Origin: Candidatus Woesearchaeota archaeon
GTDB lineage: Archaea; Nanobdellota; Nanobdellia; SCGC-AAA011-G17; UBA489
Direction: 5' to 3'
DNA length: 64,000 bases
Assembly (NCBI GenBank): GCA_964366415.1
Contig: CAYITG010000001.1
Span: 387,203 to 451,202, forward strand
Positions within the stretch are counted from its first letter, which is position 1. Every line of letters begins with the position of its first letter. The notes below the pieces were generated by a model. That model searched no databases and was not told the DNA's origin. It saw only the letters and a program-made list of their open reading frames with translations. The position numbers were made by a program, and so were the translations under genes. Of this stretch, positions 49,477 through 57,970 are shown one piece after another.

Positions 49477-49863
49477 TTACATTGAAGATTCATACTGCCA
49501 ATAAGCAGTTCTATTAGGTCTATTGCTAACTTGTTGTTCTTCATGACAGTCATTACACCTGCCCATGAGGTAGAATACTTTTGCAGGTAATTGAGCAGAT
49601 TCTATAGGCGGAACAACCACCATTGCTGCATAATGCTGATCCCATGAAGCGTTATTTAACTCAAATTCTCTTTTAAAATATGTCATATCCTGACTTTTAC
49701 AAGTAACACAATTATAACCAAAACCAGATCCTTCACCACCATCAATCAGATTTTTGTTAAACCACAGGCCTATCCTTTCAGCCAGGGATAGTTGTTTATC
49801 TTTAGAGTTGCCGAGCTCTAATTTCATATGTTCTAATTGTTTTGTTTTAAGGGTATTTGTCAT
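49477..49863 (-). CDS. Hypothetical protein with two CxxC pairs
   Basis: CVTC and CNDC pairs. Confidence 0.6.
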   Translation of the reverse strand: MTNTLKTKQLEHMKLELGNSKDKQLSLAERIGLWFNKNLIDGGEGSGFGYNCVTCKSQDMTYFKREFELNNASWDQHYAAMVVVPPIESAQLPAKVFYLMGRCNDCHEEQQVSNRPNRTAYWQYESSM

Positions 49864-50000
49864 TTTAACTCAAAGTTATTTTGTGTTTCTGAGATATATA
49901 AATCTTTCTATTTGTAACCACTTTTAAGGAAGAAAAAACTTCATGAGTTCGGCTCGAAATCCACCATAAAAAGATATCCACCCATATGCTCCCAAAGTAA

Positions 50001-50076
50001 TGGTGGGCCCGAGCGGATTTGAACCGCCGACCTCCACCGTGTGAGGGTGATGTCATAACCACTAGACCACGGGCCC
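50001..50076 (-). tRNA. tRNA-Val(CAC), intronless, CCA encoded
   Basis: Reverse complement GGGCCCGTGGTCTAGTGGTTATGACATCACCCTCACACGGTGGAGGTCGGCGGTTCAAATCCGCTCGGGCCCACCA. Confidence 0.95.
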
Positions 50077-50164
50077 TTGAACTGAATTTTTCAGCTTCGT
50101 AAGATGTAAGATATCCGTAAAATTATGGGAAAGTTTATAAGTTTATTGTAGTCTAGTAAGTAGA

Positions 50165-51166
50165 ATGAGATCACGAGGAAATTATATTGTAGATAAGAGA
50201 TTAAAGTTTAAAAGAGGTTATCAGAGATTATTTTTTGAAGAAATAAAGAAATATTCAAAGAGGACTTGGCAGGAACTTGCAGATGAATTAGGAATCTCTT
50301 ATCACACTTTAAATTGGGACTGGTATTCCGAAAAAAGTACTATTCCTAAAAACTTTGCTAAAAAATTAATAAAGAAGTATCCTTTTAAAGAATGGGAATA
50401 TATCTACAATAATTGGGTTGTGGAAGAGCTAGTACCAAAATGGGGGCAAATAAAAGCCGGTCTAAATAGAGAAAAGAAGATTCTTATTCCGCCCATCAGT
50501 GAAAAACTTGCGGAATTTCTCGGTGCTGCATTAGGTGATGGACATTTAGATTACAAGGAGTTTACTTTTACAAATCATCTAAATGAGAAAGATTATATGA
50601 ACTATATTAAAGATATGATTATGATACTTTTTGGTTTAAATTCAAAAATTTTTTTAGGATCTAAAGATAAAAAAGCTATTGTGATGGATACATATTCTAA
50701 AGCCCTTGTGAATTTTCTTTCCAAAAATGGATTAAAAATCGGCAATAAGATAAAAAATAAAGCAAGACTCCCGGGGTGGGTTTTTGAGAATAAACGCTAT
50801 TCAAGTGCAGCCTTACGGGGTCTTTTTGATACTGACGGTGGGATTTATCACAAAGAGAAAAAATATAAACGTGCGATTATTGAATTTCAAACAAACTCTC
50901 CTTCCATACACAATGATATTCTTAAACTCTTATCTATTTTAAATTTTACTCCTTCTAAAGGAAATAACGGGAAAAAAGCCCTTGATCTTCGCATACAAAA
51001 CCAAAACGAAGTACATGCTTTTTTTCAAGTAGTTGGAAGTAGCAATCCAAAAAATATTCTTAAATATAATATCTTTACTAAAGAGGGATATGTTCCCTTA
51101 TCTAAAGAGATAGAGAGCCTCCTCCCTCATTTCAAAAAAGAGATGCTCCCTTTCAAAGCAAGATAA
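50165..51166 (+). CDS. Free-standing LAGLIDADG endonuclease with N-terminal HTH
   Basis: HTH TWQELADELGISYHTL; motifs LAEFLGAALGDGH and ALRGLFDTDGG. Confidence 0.88.
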   Translation: MRSRGNYIVDKRLKFKRGYQRLFFEEIKKYSKRTWQELADELGISYHTLNWDWYSEKSTIPKNFAKKLIKKYPFKEWEYIYNNWVVEELVPKWGQIKAGLNREKKILIPPISEKLAEFLGAALGDGHLDYKEFTFTNHLNEKDYMNYIKDMIMILFGLNSKIFLGSKDKKAIVMDTYSKALVNFLSKNGLKIGNKIKNKARLPGWVFENKRYSSAALRGLFDTDGGIYHKEKKYKRAIIEFQTNSPSIHNDILKLLSILNFTPSKGNNGKKALDLRIQNQNEVHAFFQVVGSSNPKNILKYNIFTKEGYVPLSKEIESLLPHFKKEMLPFKAR

Positions 51167-51209
51167 AAATTAATAAATCTAACTTGAAATTGAAATTTTA
51201 GTGATGAAA

Positions 51210-51281
51210 GCACCGGTGATCTAAAGGTTATGATGTTGGCTTCCCAAGCCATCCATATGGGTTCAAATCCCGTCCGGTGCA
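51210..51281 (+). tRNA. tRNA-Gly(CCC), intronless
   Basis: Acceptor GCACCGG/CCGGTGC; anticodon arm TGGC-TTCCCAA-GCCA; T arm ATGGG-TTCAAAT-CCCGT. Confidence 0.9.
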
Positions 51282-51353
51282 TCTCTCCTGGTCCGACTAC
51301 TATGAGGATAGAATAAGAGAAGATTTAAAAGTTTATATTTCTAAGTCCGATTG

Positions 51354-52427
51354 ATGAATTATAAAGAAGAAGTTTTTGGAGGACTTGATTCGAGTAGGAG
51401 ATATCACCCTGAAAGAATTCTACCAAAAACTAAAATTGCAATTCTTTCTCCCAATACTTCGACAGAAGTTCTTGGAAATTTACAACCTGATGAAGTTGCT
51501 GTCATCCCTTATACTCTTGTTCCTTATGGCTATCGTGAAGGGCCTGAGGCTAGAGAAACCTTTCCTAGGTTCTTGAAGAGAGGACCAACTGTTCAGATTC
51601 CCACACCAAAAACACTTGAGGAAGCACTTGAAGGAACAGGACCAACACGAAAACGATTTGAAATTTATCAGAAGTTGCATGATCCTCACAGCGAATTGAT
51701 TGCTGCAGGCATGTCATGGTATTGCCCGCAAGACCGCATGCATCGCAAAGTGAGTGCGCATGACGTTTTAGAAGGCATGATGCTTTATGCGTTCTCAGAA
51801 TTCGAAAGATCATTATCGCCCACACAGAATAAAACACATCTTATTTCTGTGCATCAATATGGTGTTGACAAAGAGAATAAAGAGACAGGGGCGAGTGTTG
51901 TTGTGGATGTTCCTTCTCGCAGCCGCAATGCCCGTTATCGCGTTAAGCTTCATCATTTTCCCTTCTTAGGATCAGATGATGTGTGGGTGTGGATGCAACT
52001 ACAAAGCGAGCATAGTGAATGCGGAAGCAAAGACTTTGGCGATATCTATTGGCAGCGTGATGAAGAAAGTAAAAAAAGAAGAAAGTTACATGATATTGTT
52101 TTTTGTCCTCATGATGTTGCTGCGTATTTAGCAGTATCTGCTGAAGAAACACAACGGGTTATTAAAGAACAAGCTCATCCTTCAAAAAAAATAACCTTGC
52201 AGCCTTTTCCCCTTTTTACACAACATACTGTTAATTTTTGGAAGAAATTATGCACACAGACTTTTTTTGGGTCACCCTTATCAACACGGCCTCTGCGAGA
52301 ATATGAAATTGAGCTTGAGCTTCAACGCTTTTTAGCTCGACAAGGACAAGATTCTCAAAAAACAATGTATACTTCTGATAAAATAAGAGATTATAACTGG
52401 GAACCTTCCCTTCCCTTAAAAGGATGA
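51354..52427 (+). CDS. Hypothetical protein with a SWIM-like zinc finger
   Basis: VPSRS..RYRV, HSECGS and FCPHDVAAY pattern. Confidence 0.6.
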   Translation: MNYKEEVFGGLDSSRRYHPERILPKTKIAILSPNTSTEVLGNLQPDEVAVIPYTLVPYGYREGPEARETFPRFLKRGPTVQIPTPKTLEEALEGTGPTRKRFEIYQKLHDPHSELIAAGMSWYCPQDRMHRKVSAHDVLEGMMLYAFSEFERSLSPTQNKTHLISVHQYGVDKENKETGASVVVDVPSRSRNARYRVKLHHFPFLGSDDVWVWMQLQSEHSECGSKDFGDIYWQRDEESKKRRKLHDIVFCPHDVAAYLAVSAEETQRVIKEQAHPSKKITLQPFPLFTQHTVNFWKKLCTQTFFGSPLSTRPLREYEIELELQRFLARQGQDSQKTMYTSDKIRDYNWEPSLPLKG

Positions 52428-52465
52428 GGAATAGGTTTAAATAACACCTTTTGCTGTTTCCTTTT

Positions 52466-53935
52466 ATGGCCAAATTTTATATTACGACACCCATTTATTA
52501 CGTGAATGATATTGCACATATTGGGAATGCGTATACGACGATAGCTGCCGATGTTTTCGCGCGATGGCATCGATTACAAGGTGATGATGTGTTTTTCTTA
52601 ACAGGATTAGATGAAAATTCACAAAAGACAGTCAAAGCTGCAAAAGATAAAACGGGCATTTCTTTAGGACGTGACAGTATACAACGTTATGCCGATAGCA
52701 TGGCTGACCGTTGGAAAAAGACATGGGCTCGCTTGCATATTAGCAACAATGGGTTCATACGCACAACTTCACCAGAGCACATTAAAGTCGTCAATGACTT
52801 TTTTATGAAAGTATACAACAAAGGAGATATTTACAAAGGAGAATATAAGGGATTGTATTGCCCTTCATGCGAATCATTTTATCTTGAGAAGGATCTTGTT
52901 GAAGGAAAATGCCCTTTCCATTTACAACCTCCAAAGATGATTAGTGAGGAGAATTATTTTTTCCGGTTATCAACCTATCAAGATGCTCTTTTGAAGCATA
53001 TCGAAAAGAATCCTAAGTTTATCCAACCTGTTTCACGACGCAATGAAGTGTTAAGTTTTCTTAAAGAAGAAGGAGCAAAAGATATTAGTATTTCACGCCC
53101 CATTACTGAATGGGGGATTCCTTTGCCCATTGATCAGAAACATACTTTCTGGGTGTGGTTTGATGCTCTTGTTAATTATATTTCAGGTGCTCCACAATAC
53201 TGGCCAGCCAACACTCATATGCTTGCTAAAGATATCTTACGATTCCACTGTGTCATTTGGCCCGGTATGTTAATGAGCGCAGGCTATCCTTTACCCGAAC
53301 ATCTTTTTGTTCATGGATTTTTAACCGTGAATGGACAGAAGATGTCAAAATCTTTGGGAAATGCTATAGACCCACTTTCCCTTTCTGAGAAGTATGGTTT
53401 GGATGCATTGAGATATTTCTTACTTCGAGAGATTCCTTTTGGACAGGATGGAGACTTCAATGAAGCTGCATTGAAAGCACGTTTGAATAATGAACTTGCA
53501 GATGACTTAGGCAATCTTGTCAGCAGAACATTGGCCATGATTGAGAAGTATTACGATGGAAAAATTCCTGAAGCAGATGTTGATGGCGAACTTGTAGAGA
53601 AATTAGATTTTGATACTATTCAAAAATGTATGGATAAATTTGAATTGCACCGAGCATTAGAAGAGATTTGGAATTTTATTCGTGAAGTTAATAAATATCT
53701 CCATGAAAACAAACCTTGGGAAAATGAGAAGAGACGCGCAGAGATTTTGTATACTGCTTTAGAAGGTATTCGCATGATTGGTATTCTTATTTCTCCTTTC
53801 ATGCCAGAAACAGCCGAACGCATTAATGAACGATTGAATATTCGTGCCGGTGATTTTAGTGAATTAGAGTTTGGACTCTTGCAAAGCGGCAGAAAAGTTA
53901 ATAAAGGTAAGAACTTATTTTTAAAAATAGAATAG
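52466..53935 (+). CDS. metG: Methionine--tRNA ligase catalytic subunit
   Basis: ITTPIYYVN, HIGN (HIGH variant), VWFDAL and KMSKS motifs. Confidence 0.95.
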   Translation: MAKFYITTPIYYVNDIAHIGNAYTTIAADVFARWHRLQGDDVFFLTGLDENSQKTVKAAKDKTGISLGRDSIQRYADSMADRWKKTWARLHISNNGFIRTTSPEHIKVVNDFFMKVYNKGDIYKGEYKGLYCPSCESFYLEKDLVEGKCPFHLQPPKMISEENYFFRLSTYQDALLKHIEKNPKFIQPVSRRNEVLSFLKEEGAKDISISRPITEWGIPLPIDQKHTFWVWFDALVNYISGAPQYWPANTHMLAKDILRFHCVIWPGMLMSAGYPLPEHLFVHGFLTVNGQKMSKSLGNAIDPLSLSEKYGLDALRYFLLREIPFGQDGDFNEAALKARLNNELADDLGNLVSRTLAMIEKYYDGKIPEADVDGELVEKLDFDTIQKCMDKFELHRALEEIWNFIREVNKYLHENKPWENEKRRAEILYTALEGIRMIGILISPFMPETAERINERLNIRAGDFSELEFGLLQSGRKVNKGKNLFLKIE

Positions 53936-53948
53936 TTTGGGGCGCATT

Positions 53949-54287
53949 ATGGACAATGTTTCTTTTGAGGATTGGAAAAAACTAGATTTACGCGTTGCTG
54001 AAATCACTGATGTTCAAGATCATCCTAACGCTGACAAATTATATGTGTTGAAAATTAATCTCGGCGAGGAAGAACGAACACTTGTTGCCGGTATACGAAA
54101 TCATTACACTAAAGATGAACTTCTTGGTAAAAAAATTATTGTTATTGCTAATTTAGAACCTGCAGCATTACGCGGCGTTATGAGCCAAGGCATGCTGCTT
54201 GCTGCCGCTGCCGAAGGCGAGGATGGAGAAACAGTCGTTCTTCTTAGTCCTGAACAAGATATTGCAAATGGCGCAAAAGTCAGATAG
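53949..54287 (+). CDS. MetRS C-terminal / Trbp111-like tRNA-binding OB domain, encoded separately
   Basis: KLDLRVA, HPNADKL and NLEPAALRGVMSQGMLLAA motifs. Confidence 0.92.
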   Translation: MDNVSFEDWKKLDLRVAEITDVQDHPNADKLYVLKINLGEEERTLVAGIRNHYTKDELLGKKIIVIANLEPAALRGVMSQGMLLAAAAEGEDGETVVLLSPEQDIANGAKVR

Positions 54288-54288
54288 T

Positions 54289-54861
54289 TTATTCTTTTAA
54301 AGGAATGCTTCGAATGGCAAATCCATTCTCTTCATCTTTGCGCAATAGAACATATAATCCTTTCTCTTTGTATTCCAACACTTTGTATGCTTGCGCACTT
54401 GTTGGCGTGAGGGGAATAAAATAAATATTATCTGGCTTTCCTAGAACATCCAAATAAATTTCTTCCTTGGAATGTATGATCTTTGTTTTTCCTATCAGTA
54501 GTGGATTGAATGATTGTTTGAAGGTGAATCCGACAACAACATCGTTCTTTAATTGAATAATTAATCCTGTGTCCGATAGTTGCATGTTTTTACCATATTC
54601 AAGGTTGATGGTGCCGCTTTTTACAACTGATTGTGTATCTGGTTGACCTAATGCTGCAACAACTGTGTCAAAAGAATCTCCTAATCGCACACCTTTCACG
54701 AGAATATCCATAGCACGGAACGATGGGAGTGAAAAAATATCAACTTCTGTGATTTCATAGTTTTGCGGTGGTAATGGCGGTTCTTGTGAGAGTGCCACCC
54801 ATGCGCAGATTGCAATGCCAATAATCAGAAGTGGAACTATAATGAATGCAATCTTTTTCAT
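54289..54861 (-). CDS. Membrane-anchored hypothetical protein
   Basis: N-terminal TM; two LG.PD repeats. Confidence 0.65.
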   Translation of the reverse strand: MKKIAFIIVPLLIIGIAICAWVALSQEPPLPPQNYEITEVDIFSLPSFRAMDILVKGVRLGDSFDTVVAALGQPDTQSVVKSGTINLEYGKNMQLSDTGLIIQLKNDVVVGFTFKQSFNPLLIGKTKIIHSKEEIYLDVLGKPDNIYFIPLTPTSAQAYKVLEYKEKGLYVLLRKDEENGFAIRSIPLKE

Positions 54862-54909
54862 GGTTCTTTTTTGACGATGTGTTATCATTTCACTTTCATA
54901 ATAAAAAAG

Positions 54910-55066
54910 TGAGCCCGAGCGGATTTGAACCGCCGACCTTTATCGGTACTTTGTACGCTCGATGTCGGAACTGATTTATCAGTCGATAAAGCTCCACCTT
55001 GAATTAGGGTGAATGTGCTCCAGTTGCCCGATGCTTTTACAGCACTCCAGGCTAAGCTACAGGCTC
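54910..55066 (-). tRNA. tRNA-Ile(GAT) with four introns: 19/20 (55046-55024), 27/28 (55014-54987), 37/38 (54976-54964), 43/44 (54957-54940)
   Basis: Spliced 75-mer GAGCCTG TA GCTT AGCCTGGCTG GAGC A CTCGA CTGATAA TCGAG AGGTC GGCGG TTCAAAT CCGCT CGGGCTC A folds as a full cloverleaf; each intron has a 4-bp central helix between 3-nt bulges. Confidence 0.85.
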
Positions 55067-55103
55067 ACAATTGTTTTAGACTATAAACACTTTATAAGAT
55101 TTA

Positions 55104-55889
55104 CTAAGCATATCTTTTCAAGCTATCTATAGTATAAGAAGAGCCATATTTGGTTAAAATATCATTAATAACTGACCTGAAGAGCAATGTTTCTTTTTTA
55201 TTTAATGATACTCTCTGAAGGTCATACCATCCATACTTTTTTCTTGGTTGATGTGAGATGGCCGGATTATAGCTATACTTCTTAAATATATTGTAGACAT
55301 TGGAAGCTAATCTTTTTGAGATTGTATTGAAAACAAAGCGGTCTTTTATGTAACCGTCACTTAACGTTAATCCCACCATTACTCCACGTATAAAATCATT
55401 GTTATATTGATTAATGTTCCTTTTTAGTTTAATAGTCAATGTTTTATTCTCTTTGTATGCGGTATACTTATCGATAAAATCATAAATAAACTTAGAGTTC
55501 ATTATCATTATTCCACGATTACTTTCTTCTTCTAATACTACTCTGCAAGTTTTGCCAAATACAATTAATAAGATATTTTTGATAAAATTGATTAATAGAG
55601 TGTCGCGTTTGTCTAGGTGTATTTTTATAACATAACTCCATTTATCTTTAAATTTTGATCCATCGCCCATCCAAATACCTATTAAAATTCCTATTGATAA
55701 TTGATCATTATTTTTAAGAAATTTTATGATATTATTCTTCCTCATTAAACTTCTTTTATTAAGATGGTAATACAGATTCCCAATGCTATAATCATATTTT
55801 GTTTTTAATTTTTTTAAAGAGTCTCCATTTTTATAATCCTTTATTATCTTTTCTAGAATCATTTCATGCATAGGGCATTGATCACTCAC
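55104..55889 (-). CDS. Free-standing LAGLIDADG endonuclease with N-terminal HTH
   Basis: HTH-like GDSLKKLKTKYDYSIGNLYYHL; motifs LIGIWMGDGS and VGLTLSDGY; start codon uncertain. Confidence 0.82.
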   Translation of the reverse strand: MSDQCPMHEMILEKIIKDYKNGDSLKKLKTKYDYSIGNLYYHLNKRSLMRKNNIIKFLKNNDQLSIGILIGIWMGDGSKFKDKWSYVIKIHLDKRDTLLINFIKNILLIVFGKTCRVVLEEESNRGIMIMNSKFIYDFIDKYTAYKENKTLTIKLKRNINQYNNDFIRGVMVGLTLSDGYIKDRFVFNTISKRLASNVYNIFKKYSYNPAISHQPRKKYGWYDLQRVSLNKKETLLFRSVINDILTKYGSSYTIDSLKRYA

Positions 55890-55965
55890 ATTTATTAAGT
55901 TCTTTTCTACGGTACTTGACGAGTGTGAAGAGTTTAGAAAATTTACAAATAACTTGAAAAAATTA

Positions 55966-56061
55966 CGCCTCGAGAAGGATTTGAACCTTCGACCACATGG
56001 TTAACAGCCATTTGAGCCATAGATTTTCTATGTGTGCTCTACCGAGCTGAGCTATCGAGGC
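55966..56061 (-). tRNA. tRNA-Asn(GTT) with a 22-nt intron at 27/28 (56033-56012)
   Basis: Spliced GCCTCGA TA GCTC AGCTCGGTA GAGC A CATGG CTGTTAA CCATG TGGTC GAAGG TTCAAAT CCTTC TCGAGGC G; motif GAGC-AC^A...GCTC-AA^A. Confidence 0.9.
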
Positions 56062-56099
56062 ATAACAAAACATGGCATTCCCGTCGTTTAAAAGTATTT

Positions 56100-56315
56100 C
56101 TATGAGGCGCGTCGTATACGCTTCCAGAATGAGAGGGCTAATCCGCCAAAAAGGATTGCGATAATTAAACTCCAGGAGAATGGAACTACTAACAACCCAA
56201 TATTAACCTGCCACTGATAAAGGATTCTCCAGATATGAAAAACAGCTATAACTGTGAAAATAATCGCTGTTATTTTATCGAGAAGCAACACATCCTCTTT
56301 TTGCTTTTTTACCAT
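56100..56315 (-). CDS. Small two-TM membrane protein
   Basis: IIFTVIAVFHIWRILYQWQVNIG..VPFSWS segments. Confidence 0.65.
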   Translation of the reverse strand: MVKKQKEDVLLLDKITAIIFTVIAVFHIWRILYQWQVNIGLLVVPFSWSLIIAILFGGLALSFWKRIRRAS

Positions 56316-56425
56316 AGGAAAAATAATATTCTCTTCTATAAAAATGTTATCTTTCTGGAAAATATGAAGATAATTTCGGTTTTTTCTTAAAAATACATTT
56401 AAAGAAAAGATATCTATCACATAGA

Positions 56426-57139
56426 ATGCGTATTGTTCTTTTGATGGTACTTTTCATACCTGGCGTTGTTGCGTGGAATTGGGATACGCACGAAGCCATT
56501 ATCACAAGTGTCTATTATCACTTGAATGATACCTGGAAAGAAAAGTTAAGTCTTGAACATTTACAAGAAGGAAGCGTTATTCCTGACAAAATATTTAAAG
56601 ATTTTTCAAAACATGGATTTCCTGAAGCTATTGATGAAACACGGCACTGGTTAGATCAAACAAAAGTATTTTTAGCGCGAAAGGATTATGCTAATGCAAG
56701 CATTAGTCTTGGCATTGCAAGTCATTATATGGGTGATAGTTTTGCAGCACCTCACAGCGTTGCTGGAGAGCCTTATTCCTTACATAAGGGGTATGAAGAT
56801 CAAGCTTCACAAGATTATTTTTATGCCTCTTGTCTTGAACAGGATCTCTTGCTTAAAGACATTATTTACACGGGGTCGCAGCAAGGAAGCACATGGCAAG
56901 ATTGGTTAGAAAGACATGATCCTGCATTACCGCAAGCATCCACGCGAGAAGCAACTTTGTATGTTACGGCTTTTGCTCTTTCTTTTTTTGATGATACATG
57001 CCATACTTTTGAAACACATATAGAAGAAGCGCCTTTTACTTTTAATGTGACGACAGCTATCGTTTTAACCATTATTCTGCTTGGAATTGGCTGGACAAGT
57101 ATTTCTCTTTATCGTGATTTAAAAGATTACGGAAAATAA
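56426..57139 (+). CDS. Zinc-dependent phospholipase C / S1-P1 superfamily protein, secreted with a C-terminal TM
   Basis: Signal peptide then W..TH, GSVIPD, SHYMGD...PH and HKGYE motifs. Confidence 0.85.
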   Translation: MRIVLLMVLFIPGVVAWNWDTHEAIITSVYYHLNDTWKEKLSLEHLQEGSVIPDKIFKDFSKHGFPEAIDETRHWLDQTKVFLARKDYANASISLGIASHYMGDSFAAPHSVAGEPYSLHKGYEDQASQDYFYASCLEQDLLLKDIIYTGSQQGSTWQDWLERHDPALPQASTREATLYVTAFALSFFDDTCHTFETHIEEAPFTFNVTTAIVLTIILLGIGWTSISLYRDLKDYGK

Positions 57140-57970
57140 TTCTTTAAACCATCTCCAGATGATTAACCATATGGGGAGATGTTCTTCTTCCTGCTCTTCA
57201 ACATCTTTTTCTGTTTGTAGTATTTCTTCTTCATTTTCTGTTTCTTTACAACAACAGGCTTTTTGGTTTGAACAATAACCTAAGCCTTGATTCTCTTCAG
57301 ATTCACCACATGCAGGAAGATTAACATTTGATGGAAGATCGCGGCATGTAGCATCAATAAAATTTTTATTTTTGCATAATTGATAACAGCTTAATTGCGC
57401 ACAGTCCGTAGAACAGAAGATCTTTTCTCCTATCTCACACACTTGATCACCACAGACAAATTCACTTTCTTTTTTTACTTGTTGAAATGTGAGGTCTGCA
57501 ACCTTAAGTGTATCTCCTAAGACAAGGATCTCTTTTGTTTGTTTTAATTCTTCATAGTTTTTAAAATTAGCAATAATCTTTGCTGCTCTTCTTGTGTCAT
57601 CGACAGTTGAACCCGCAATAATCAGATCATTTCCCATTACTTTAATGATGGCTACACCTTCATCATATGGCCATTGTTCGCAACTCAATTGAATAAAGGA
57701 GTTATCACATGGATGACCAATAAGGATTTTGCTTACTGACTCTAGTGTTTCATCTTCAATAACTGGATCAATATCCAAAGAAAGATGTTTTTTAAGAGCA
57801 ATTATAACATCGGTTGCAGCAAAACTATCTCCACTTTTTCCTTGATCACCAAGCACGACAGCATATCCCTGATCCATTTTTTTGAGATATTCATAGATGC
57901 TATCTACGGCAGCATAGCTGGGTGTTATCAACAGTAAGAGACATATGACAACCAATACCCTTTTTTTCAT
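57119..57970 (-). CDS. Secreted S-layer-like protein with a Cys-rich region
   Basis: VVLGDQG..D, IIAGSTVDDTRRAA (S-layer C-terminal-like) and CGDQVCE segments. Confidence 0.65.
   Translation of the reverse strand: MKKRVLVVICLLLLITPSYAAVDSIYEYLKKMDQGYAVVLGDQGKSGDSFAATDVIIALKKHLSLDIDPVIEDETLESVSKILIGHPCDNSFIQLSCEQWPYDEGVAIIKVMGNDLIIAGSTVDDTRRAAKIIANFKNYEELKQTKEILVLGDTLKVADLTFQQVKKESEFVCGDQVCEIGEKIFCSTDCAQLSCYQLCKNKNFIDATCRDLPSNVNLPACGESEENQGLGYCSNQKACCCKETENEEEILQTEKDVEEQEEEHLPIWLIIWRWFKELFSVIF

Noticed and set aside
51161..51212. Intron at tRNA-Gly position 3/4
   Set aside because: No complementary 4-nt central helix, and the tRNA is already complete from 51210.
50004..54939. 30-nt near-identical direct repeat between the 3' ends of tRNA-Val and tRNA-Ile, resembling attL/attR
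   Set aside because: Both copies belong to complete tRNAs, the enclosed DNA carries MetRS and tRNA-Gly, and there is no integrase.
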